Part shown: positions 49,587 to 56,639 of the stretch, one piece after another
Position numbering within the stretch: the first letter of the stretch is position 1
Layout: every line of letters begins with the position of its first letter
Source: Candidatus Jordarchaeia archaeon
GTDB taxonomy: Archaea; Asgardarchaeota; Jordiarchaeia; Jordiarchaeales; Jordiarchaeaceae
DNA length: 56,639 bases
Direction: 5' to 3'
Assembly (NCBI GenBank): GCA_029856435.1
Contig: JAHQXB010000176.1
Location: forward strand, 1-56,639
Translations under genes and position numbers: made by a program
Notes under the pieces: model-generated
Seen by the model: the letters and a program-made list of their open reading frames with translations, nothing else
Database searches by the model: none
What the model was told of the DNA's origin: nothing

Positions 49587-50837
49587 TTATTCGTATACTT
49601 TTTCTGCTACTTTGTGGGCTTCTATGGCGTCTAGTTCGATGTCTCTTTCTTTTTCCATTTTTCCACCCATGAGTTTTCGGTAGGCTTCGTGCTGAATGAT
49701 TAATTGCATGATTTCGCTTGAGCCGGTCCATATAATTGCGAGCCTTGCATCTCGGAGAGCCCGTTCCAAGGGGTAGACTTGGGTGTATCCTATTCCGCCT
49801 AGGATTTGCATGGCGTCGTTTATAATTTCCCAGCCGGTCTGGGTTGCAAACAGTTTTGCTTCGGAAACCAGCCTTCTTGTTTCGTAGGAGTCTGGGTCCC
49901 TATCCGCCTGTTTAGCTGCAGTGTAGACCAGTGCTCGGGCTGCGTCCAATTTGGTTAAGCAGTCGGCTATCTTGAAGCTTACTCCTTGGAACATTCTTAT
50001 GGGGGCTCCGAAAGCCTTTCTCATACTTGCATACTTCATGGCCAGTTCTAGGGCGGATCTCGCGCCGAGGCTTCCTGCGGCTGAGGTTAGTCTTTCGGGA
50101 AGCATCATGCGGTTAAAGATTTCTCTTCCCCGGTTCTCGCCCAAAAGTAGGTTTTCAGCTGGCACCTCTACCTCGTTGAGCTGTATTCTGGCGGTTCCCA
50201 TGCCCCGGAATCCCAGTAGCCCGTATGTTTCCGCAATTTCCACGCCCATTTTTTTCTCAACCAAAAAGGCGCTCAGTGCCTTGTGTCCCGGGACTTTAGG
50301 GTCGGGGTTGGTTCTAGCATAAAGTAGGAATAGGTCTGCGGCTTTGGCTCCCGCAATAAATCTTTTTTCACCTGTGAGGTAATAGACGTCACCGTCTTTT
50401 TTGGCAATAGTGTTGGTTCCGAAAAAGTCTGAGCCACCCCGGGGCTCGGTTAAACCCTCAGCTGCAACCATTTCCCCCTTAAGTATGGGTACTAAATACT
50501 TTTTCTTGTGTTCTTCTGTTCCGAAGGTGTTTATGGCTTCACCCACAATTGTGGGCATGGACCATGAGCACCCCAGGCCGCAGCCGAAGATTCCAATCTC
50601 CTCAAGTGCCACGCACTCCGCTACCCAGTCCAATTCTCGGCCGCCGTACTTTTTTGGAAATCGTAGTCCAAGGAGGTTTCTTCTGCCTGCTTCCCTGTAA
50701 AACTCGTGAGGGTAATCTATTTGTTCGGCGTCCATAGCTTTCAGTAATTTTGGGTCTACCCACTTCACAAATTCCTTAACCTCATCTCTCAGCTTGATGT
50801 GCACCTCATCAAGGAAAATATCGTTTTCCAATACCAA
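49587..50837 (-). CDS. Acyl-CoA dehydrogenase (IVD/LCAD-type catalytic Glu)
   Basis: GLTEPRGGSD, GEKRFIAG, MLPERL, RKAFG, IWTGSSEI; TTG start after AAGGAGGT. Confidence 0.94.
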   Translation of the reverse strand: MVLENDIFLDEVHIKLRDEVKEFVKWVDPKLLKAMDAEQIDYPHEFYREAGRRNLLGLRFPKKYGGRELDWVAECVALEEIGIFGCGLGCSWSMPTIVGEAINTFGTEEHKKKYLVPILKGEMVAAEGLTEPRGGSDFFGTNTIAKKDGDVYYLTGEKRFIAGAKAADLFLLYARTNPDPKVPGHKALSAFLVEKKMGVEIAETYGLLGFRGMGTARIQLNEVEVPAENLLLGENRGREIFNRMMLPERLTSAAGSLGARSALELAMKYASMRKAFGAPIRMFQGVSFKIADCLTKLDAARALVYTAAKQADRDPDSYETRRLVSEAKLFATQTGWEIINDAMQILGGIGYTQVYPLERALRDARLAIIWTGSSEIMQLIIQHEAYRKLMGGKMEKERDIELDAIEAHKVAEKVYE

Positions 50838-51082
50838 GTTTATACCTCCTTACAAAGAATTAATCCCAACCAAACAGGAACGGCGACACAAATTATTGAA
50901 AAGTTAACTGACTGTGAGGAAGGGATTATTCTTGTTAAAGCCATAATAACCAACTAGTACTTAAATTTAATTAAATGATTGGTGGAAAATGAATTAAAAA
51001 GTAGAAGGTACAAATACCAGAACTCAATAGAAGAGTTGTGGTTTTCGTTGCATGTTGGATTTGTTGTTGGAGGACGCTGTTT

Positions 51083-51433
51083 ATGCCCGGAAATATTGTT
51101 GAGAGTTTTAAAAAGGAAAGGGAAAGATTAAATGAGATAGTGATGAAGTATGCTGGTCTTAACATTAAGAGATTCTACAATTTGGATTCTGGAGTTTATG
51201 TTGATGGCGCCTTGCCCAGAAAATTTAAGGAGTTAATGGGACTTGTTGCCTCACTGGTGTTGAGATGTGACGACTGCATTAAGTACCACATTATTCAGTG
51301 CCATGAGCAGGGAGTGACAAGAGAAGAACTGGAGGAGTCACTCGCAATAGCCCTCATTGTTGGAGGATCCATCACCATTCCCCATCTCAGAAGAGCATTC
51401 GAAGTATGGGAGGAACTAGAAGCAGTCCCCTAG
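51083..51433 (+). CDS. Carboxymuconolactone decarboxylase/AhpD-family protein
   Basis: GALPRKFKELMGLVASLVLRCDDCIKYH, GVTREEL.E, GGSITIPH; ATG after GGAGG. Confidence 0.9.
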   Translation: MPGNIVESFKKERERLNEIVMKYAGLNIKRFYNLDSGVYVDGALPRKFKELMGLVASLVLRCDDCIKYHIIQCHEQGVTREELEESLAIALIVGGSITIPHLRRAFEVWEELEAVP

Positions 51434-51448
51434 GAAGAAGGTTTTTAT

Positions 51449-51714
51449 CTACACTTCGCAAGAAGACCCCTTTCCGAAAGGGAGGGGATGAATTGTGGTT
51501 GAACTTAAATGACTCTTACAATCTAAAAAGTTTTTGGGATGTGCCCTTGCAGAAAATACGACAGAGACCTGAATGCGTGTGTAAATATAGCCCATAGGGT
51601 AACGAGCTCTATGGGATGGGGGAGCCGTGAGCCCCCGAACCAGCAGATGAGGAGATAGGCGTAAAGCCTACCCTAAACGCTGGAAGCCCCGTCCGTTAGG
51701 GCGGGGTAGTTCAC
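51449..51714 (+). mobile_element. tnpB: Internally deleted IS200/IS605-family mini-element retaining the tnpB 3' end
   Basis: Left hairpin CCCCTTTC-CGAAA-GGGAGGGG (51467-51487); fragment CRKYDRDLNACVNIA (TnpB RuvC-III); right hairpin CCCCGTCC-GTTA-GGGCGGGG (51687-51706) followed by TAGTTCAC; left boundary approximate. Confidence 0.85.
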
Positions 51715-51921
51715 TTGCTCTTGAGTTCTTTTAGTCACCTTTTTTGGGGCCTCATTTTTCTTATTATGTTGCGGTAGCCCCTTATGTGTCTTCTTTTGAA
51801 GGTGTATTTTTCTCCGAACATTTTTTCTGCAGTAGGAGGTGCCCGCCGGCTACGCGCACTGAGAACTTTTTGTAACCGTTGTTTGTTTTTGGCTTGAAAC
51901 TGTTTGTAGGGGTTTTGCTAG

Positions 51922-52725
51922 TTAGGAAGTTTGTTTTATTCCAATTTGGGTTTTTTGCGTTAGTTCTGTTTTTTTCTCTGTGGCTTTATTTATTGCTTCT
52001 TGCACTGCTCCTCTTATGGCGTATCCTGCTACGTGGAGTACTGTGTCTCCTAGTGTTTTGTCTACTTGCATGCTGGCTGTGCAGGGGTAGGCGTGGTGTG
52101 CTTCTGAGATTCTCTCATTTATGCCGTTTATGCTTCGCTTCTCTATTTGCTTCATAACGTACCAAGTGCTTCCGCAGGGTGCACTTTGTAGGACTTTAGT
52201 GCGTGTAATGGTGTCATTGTCTACCGAGACCTGGACTATGGGTTTCCCCACCCTGTATTTTTTGATGAATTGATCTATAATTGTGTTGTGTCCACTGTCT
52301 TCCAGCATGCAGAAGGGTTTGGGAAAGGCGTGTGCTACTCCCATATTGTTGAGTTCATCTTCTACCTGTTTTTGTAGGCCTGGGGGGCACCAGTTTGGGT
52401 CCTCTAGGGGTACTATTACTCCTTTGGCTTGGGTTTTTTCTACAAGGAGGGGTAAGCTTGCCAGAAGGTCTTGGTGGAGTCCTATGGCGATTATTATGTC
52501 GCATCTTGGTGGATTTTTGGGCAGATACTTTTCGGGCTCTTCTATAAAGTTTGGCAGGTTGGGAGGTATTCTATCCACTCCCACTATGTCGGAGGCAAAG
52601 GAGCCATATTCTATGCGGCAATGTCCACAAGCTTCCCCACATGAGGTACAGAAGTTTGAAAAGTTAACTAGGTTCCCCACAACTCTTTCCCCAAAATCAT
52701 CACCATAAATAATATATAAACGCAT
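51922..52725 (-). CDS. DUF166-family protein
   Basis: FGERVVGNL, CTSCGEACGHC, FIEEPEKYLP, PKPFCML, SAPCGSTW, HHAYPCTASM, LHVAG. Confidence 0.82.
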   Translation of the reverse strand: MRLYIIYGDDFGERVVGNLVNFSNFCTSCGEACGHCRIEYGSFASDIVGVDRIPPNLPNFIEEPEKYLPKNPPRCDIIIAIGLHQDLLASLPLLVEKTQAKGVIVPLEDPNWCPPGLQKQVEDELNNMGVAHAFPKPFCMLEDSGHNTIIDQFIKKYRVGKPIVQVSVDNDTITRTKVLQSAPCGSTWYVMKQIEKRSINGINERISEAHHAYPCTASMQVDKTLGDTVLHVAGYAIRGAVQEAINKATEKKTELTQKTQIGIKQTS

Positions 52726-52923
52726 AATCATTCCCTACTTTTACCCTTTATTTCTAATCATTTTTTAGGGTTTTTGGCTTTTTGCCCATTAATTAGAGTA
52801 AGAAATATTTAATAAAAATTTTGATAATAGTTTATCGATATTTTTGGATTTTCAGCTATGAATCATAAAGGTTTAAATAATTATAGACTATAACCTCCAA
52901 ATAGGCTAATATTGGTGTTTGAA

Positions 52924-53502
52924 ATGGCTGAGAACCTATCCCGATTGGACGATAAAGACCGTGAAATATTAACCCTCCTAAGTGAGGATCCCGATATTTC
53001 CCAGGAGAAAATTGCAAAAATTATCAAACTATCACAGCCATCTGTTGCGGTGAGGCTGAAAAAGCTCAGAGACATGGGGGCATTCAGCAAAATTTGTGGA
53101 ATAAATCCCCTCAAAATGGGTCTCCACCTAGCCAAAGTTGAGGTCTCCACAAACAACACCCAAAAAATACTGAAAATGTTTAAAGGCTGCCCATACTTCT
53201 TCAACGCCTTCACAGTATCTGGAAGAAGCAACCTCTGCCTACTATTCGTGGGTGAAGACATAACAACCCTGGAAGCAATAGTCGAAGGACACCTAAGACC
53301 ACTAGAAGAGGTTAAAGACATTGAATTCAACATTATAATCTCCGCCGCCAACGACCTAATTATGCCCTTCAAAATGAAAATAAAGAGTTCAGACAAGCAA
53401 CCCTGCACAATAAACATTCAATGCGCCGACTGCCCCAGCTACCGCGAAAACAGATGCCTAGGATGCCCCGCAATAGGACAATACAAAGGCAAACTCTGGT
53501 GA
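52924..53502 (+). CDS. Lrp/AsnC-family transcriptional regulator with Cys-rich C-terminal tail
   Basis: LDDKDREIL..L..D..ISQ..IA....LSQPSV..RLKKL wHTH; RAM-like domain (SGRSNL); tail CTINIQCADCPSYRENRCLGCP. Confidence 0.9.
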   Translation: MAENLSRLDDKDREILTLLSEDPDISQEKIAKIIKLSQPSVAVRLKKLRDMGAFSKICGINPLKMGLHLAKVEVSTNNTQKILKMFKGCPYFFNAFTVSGRSNLCLLFVGEDITTLEAIVEGHLRPLEEVKDIEFNIIISAANDLIMPFKMKIKSSDKQPCTINIQCADCPSYRENRCLGCPAIGQYKGKLW

Positions 53503-53612
53503 GAAACACAAAAAAGTTAGGCAACCCAAAAAAAGGGTTGAACAGGGAAATTTCTACAACCAAACCAAAAAAAGGAGGGAGAATGGTAGTATCCTTCCTT
53601 GGACTCCTTGTT

Positions 53613-56177
53613 TTACGGTCTTCTAAGCACAACCACTGTAGCCGCCACAACTATTATCAAAACTAGAGCAGCGATTCCGCCCCACAACAAATTCGATGAA
53701 GCCTGCTGGCCGGAAACAGCTTGCCCAAGGCCCACCACTGTGAAGTAGTTTGCCAATGCCTGATAGTAGGGCAACATAATCAAGTAAATAGTCTGCGCAA
53801 GTGTGTACACTGGAACAGATATGTTACCCTTCTCTTGGCTTTGATTTGATGAATTTAGAATTTCATCGTCATAGAAGAAGTCTGGGTGAAGCATATCCTT
53901 ACTATACCAGTTAAGTAGCATATCATCAAAGTGGTAGGAGGTCTCATTATTGGTGTTACCGTAGGGTAAGCAGCTCCAAGACTTGACCTTTCCATCCTCC
54001 CACGTTGTAACCATTTCGAATGATTCTCCACCATAGCAGTACCAGAGACCAGTGGTTGAATCGAATTGTCCATAGTGCGGGTTCAGACAACCGTAAGGTT
54101 CACCTGAGGTCCCATTCAGACCCACTATTGTAGTACCTCTAACTACAATGTGAACATTGCCCCAATATACTCCGGTAGCATTTCCATACTTGGATATCAT
54201 CCAGTTAACCGTAGCATTCAAAGTAGTGACAGCCGCATCTTGGCTGCTTGGAGGTGTTCTGCTTGTATTCTCACACCAGAGTTGGAACACGGTCATAGCG
54301 GTTTGATTAGTAGCATACTTATCCCAACTTTTGAGTAGGTGTATGGTTTCATTAAGTGTTTCATTGCCCAGACCAAATACATGGTCGGGTAGCATATCTA
54401 TGTAGTCGGTTGCTATGTAGTAGACTGAACTGTTACCCGCGATTCCCAGAAAATCATCAGCAGAGACTGAGCCCGGTCCGCCTGAAGCAAGACCATCTAG
54501 TATGTAGAACATGTTATATCCTCTTGTGTAATTGCTCATAGCTCGGTAGTATCCACCACCAGATTGGTAGGTGTAGTGATTTACTAAGTATCTTGGGAAG
54601 GGATTGGTTTCATTTGTTTTTGTGATGTTGTTTGGCTGGGTGGTTATGTTCCAACATTGAATGTTGCAGTTTTGCATCCATCCGCTCTCGGGGTCTTCCT
54701 CCATTGGTAGGTTGCCGAAGGATATGAATTCTCCCCAGTCGGTGGTGGTGTTCCATCCCGGCACTGCCAAGTTCCAGTTCCACATATCATTCCTTTGTGG
54801 GCACATTGCGTTCCAAACATAGAAGGTTTCATTGTATTTGGTTGCCACCATATAGTTGAATATGCCTACTCCCAGAAGGGACATAGCTTCCTTCCACTGT
54901 GTGATGTTTTGTGCAGTGTTCATAAGGTAGAACTGTTCCACGCCAGTCCATTGCCCGCTTGTGGAATAGTTTACTGCAAGTGCGTAGTGTGCTGTCTCAT
55001 TTATGGTTAGTAGGACTCCGTGATGGGAATAGTATGTGGGTAAATCTTGAATCATTACACCTATTCCGGGGACTAGTACTGGCAGTTTTATTACTTCTTT
55101 TGTGAGGGGAACCCAGGAACCATTGTAGTAGTACTTGGTGTTGGTAGAGTCTAATCTTTCTATCCAAACGTCCATAGTGTCGGGCTGGTTAACTGTTGAC
55201 ATCCAAGCAAGATACTCGTTGTGCCCAATCCCTATGAAGGGCAGCCCATAAAAGATTACTCCATGCACATTTAATTCGGGTAGTGTGCCCTCCGCTGGCG
55301 CCATTAGGTGGGCCTCGTGCCATTGGGTGATTCCATCCCATTCTAAGTGGGGATCAGCACCCAAAATGGGATAACCAGTGGTAGAAAGGCTTCCATTCAC
55401 AAGATACTCGTTGCTCCCCTTATCTAACAGTCCAGAAGAACCTAATGAGGGAGGCATTGGAACCGGCCCTAGGTGATGTTGTTGGAGATATGTTTCGACA
55501 TCCCAGCCTAAAGCGTTTAGTGTGCCCTCTGCTGTTAGCCAGCTTCCAATGTCTTCTGCGAATAGAAAGTTGATGAGGGCGGCCATTGAGGCTATGTCTT
55601 CTCCTGTTACTGGTGCGTTTTGCTTTATCCATGAGGGTAAGGTGTTCCAGTGTTCGTAGAGGTAATAGTTGATGCCAGCGGCGAATGGTTCTATCATTAT
55701 TTCTCTCATTGTTTGATTTATCTTGAGGTATTGTGAGTGGCTTACTGGAATCTTCAATTTCCACAGTAAACCGTCGCTCATAGAGTTATCCAAATCATAA
55801 GGAGTGATTATTCCTTGGGATCTGAACTTGTAGCCTGGATACCAGGTGTTATTGTATTTGTCGTATCCGAATGTTGCTGATAGTCTGCCTTTTGCTGTGA
55901 TGAGGTTTAACATTAGTAGTTCGATGCCGTCTACTGCCTGGGCATATCCATGGCCGAAGAAGGTGTCTGCCTGAGTTGTTCCATTAATGTGCGGGATACC
56001 GTAGATGTCCCAGATGATGGTTACATTTCTTCCGGTTTGCTTAGCGGTGTTTTCTTGGACGGCTAGAAGGTTTAGAGATCCGGCGGTGTTTGATGTGGCT
56101 AGGGTGATGCCTGTTAATAGTATCATGCTGATGAAAAGAGCGGCTATGGAGAAGGACAACATTTTCTTCTTTTGCAA
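53613..56177 (-). CDS. Secreted, membrane-anchored penicillin acylase/AHL-acylase-family Ntn hydrolase
   Basis: Signal peptide; WDIYGIPHI, GYAQA, GSNEY (catalytic Ser), GADPHL, GHNEYLAW, QNCN; C-terminal TM helix ending LRRP. Confidence 0.93.
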   Translation of the reverse strand: MQKKKMLSFSIAALFISMILLTGITLATSNTAGSLNLLAVQENTAKQTGRNVTIIWDIYGIPHINGTTQADTFFGHGYAQAVDGIELLMLNLITAKGRLSATFGYDKYNNTWYPGYKFRSQGIITPYDLDNSMSDGLLWKLKIPVSHSQYLKINQTMREIMIEPFAAGINYYLYEHWNTLPSWIKQNAPVTGEDIASMAALINFLFAEDIGSWLTAEGTLNALGWDVETYLQQHHLGPVPMPPSLGSSGLLDKGSNEYLVNGSLSTTGYPILGADPHLEWDGITQWHEAHLMAPAEGTLPELNVHGVIFYGLPFIGIGHNEYLAWMSTVNQPDTMDVWIERLDSTNTKYYYNGSWVPLTKEVIKLPVLVPGIGVMIQDLPTYYSHHGVLLTINETAHYALAVNYSTSGQWTGVEQFYLMNTAQNITQWKEAMSLLGVGIFNYMVATKYNETFYVWNAMCPQRNDMWNWNLAVPGWNTTTDWGEFISFGNLPMEEDPESGWMQNCNIQCWNITTQPNNITKTNETNPFPRYLVNHYTYQSGGGYYRAMSNYTRGYNMFYILDGLASGGPGSVSADDFLGIAGNSSVYYIATDYIDMLPDHVFGLGNETLNETIHLLKSWDKYATNQTAMTVFQLWCENTSRTPPSSQDAAVTTLNATVNWMISKYGNATGVYWGNVHIVVRGTTIVGLNGTSGEPYGCLNPHYGQFDSTTGLWYCYGGESFEMVTTWEDGKVKSWSCLPYGNTNNETSYHFDDMLLNWYSKDMLHPDFFYDDEILNSSNQSQEKGNISVPVYTLAQTIYLIMLPYYQALANYFTVVGLGQAVSGQQASSNLLWGGIAALVLIIVVAATVVVLRRP

Positions 56178-56251
56178 TCTCTCCTACTCCTCCATAAGTT
56201 TGAATAGTCTCTAATCTTTCTCTATTATAAACTTTTTTCCGCGCTTTGCGA

Positions 56252-56358
56252 GGTGATGTAGAATAGTTCGGTCACGCCTCAAAAATGAGCGTTTATAAAG
56301 TTCCTTTCGTGATTTAGAGCCTTAGGAGGGAAACGGAACCAAATAAATCTACATCGCC
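56252..56358 (-). mobile_element. MITE-like element, copy 4 (107 bp, inverted)
   Basis: Aligns end to end with the reverse complement of copy 2; perfect direct repeat CGCTTTGCGA at 56242-56251 and 56359-56368. Confidence 0.9.
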
Positions 56359-56639
56359 CGCTTTGCGACGAAGTTCAGCTCAATGTTTAGTGGCGGTATT
56401 CTTGCAAATTTTCCCTTATTTTTTAGGCAAGGCTTCCAGTTTTAATAAAGCCCGGCAATTTTGGGGTGTTAAAACCGCTATTTAGAAAGTTTGTTAACTT
56501 AAACTGTTAACGTTAAAGAAAACCCATTAAATCTACTATTTAAAAGCAGCCATACACATGTGTCGTGTAGCCGATTCCGGCCAAAGCCCGGAATGCGGGA
56601 AGTTTGAAAAGGTCAAAAGGGGGGCAGGGCCGCAATTGG

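Noticed and set aside
51879-52157. Very hydrophobic 92-aa ORF resembling a membrane protein
   Set aside because: Antisense to the A/C-rich 3' end of the DUF166 gene; the hydrophobicity is a by-product of G/T-rich codons
56560-56639. Hairpin ATTCCGG-n7-CCGGAAT near the window end
   Set aside because: Isolated and cut off by the window edge; no supporting context
1-56639. CRISPR arrays, tRNA and rRNA genes
   Set aside because: No regularly spaced repeat-spacer series, T-loop/cloverleaf signatures or rRNA-like tracts seen; the MITE tandem at 20499-20734 has only two units and is explained by insertion

Overview
Archaeal genomic DNA: split methylmalonyl-CoA mutase, DUF35/thiolase pairs, IorAB, ADP-forming Acd, GGAGG/GGTGA ribosome-binding sites. 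A folliculin/longin-like ORF, an SCP2 protein and the style of a C-terminal membrane anchor suggest an anaerobic Asgard archaeon, possibly Freyarchaeia/Jordarchaeia-like (inference). About 45 genes are present. Most belong to an acyl-CoA catabolic region in which several enzymes have lost canonical catalytic residues: a Glu-less CoA-transferase pair, a Cys-less thiolase and two Glu-less crotonases. The family set overlaps the actinobacterial IpdABC steroid-ring cluster. The window also has an amino-acid fermentation module (IorAB, AcdA, PaaK, Glu/Leu/Phe/Val dehydrogenase), a pyrrolysine-free MttB-family methyltransferase with its corrinoid protein, pdxST, a P-type ATPase and a surface-anchored Ntn acylase. 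Main non-routine observations: (1) a 107-108 bp MITE family with three copies each flanked by a different perfect 10-bp target duplication; (2) an internally deleted IS200/IS605 mini-element keeping the tnpB 3' end and omega-RNA region; (3) a folliculin-like ORF; (4) an acyl-CoA dehydrogenase fused to a winged helix; (5) identical tracts between two otherwise diverged SDR paralogs, suggesting gene conversion. No tRNA, rRNA or CRISPR array was seen. All family calls come from motif recognition by eye; no database search was run.
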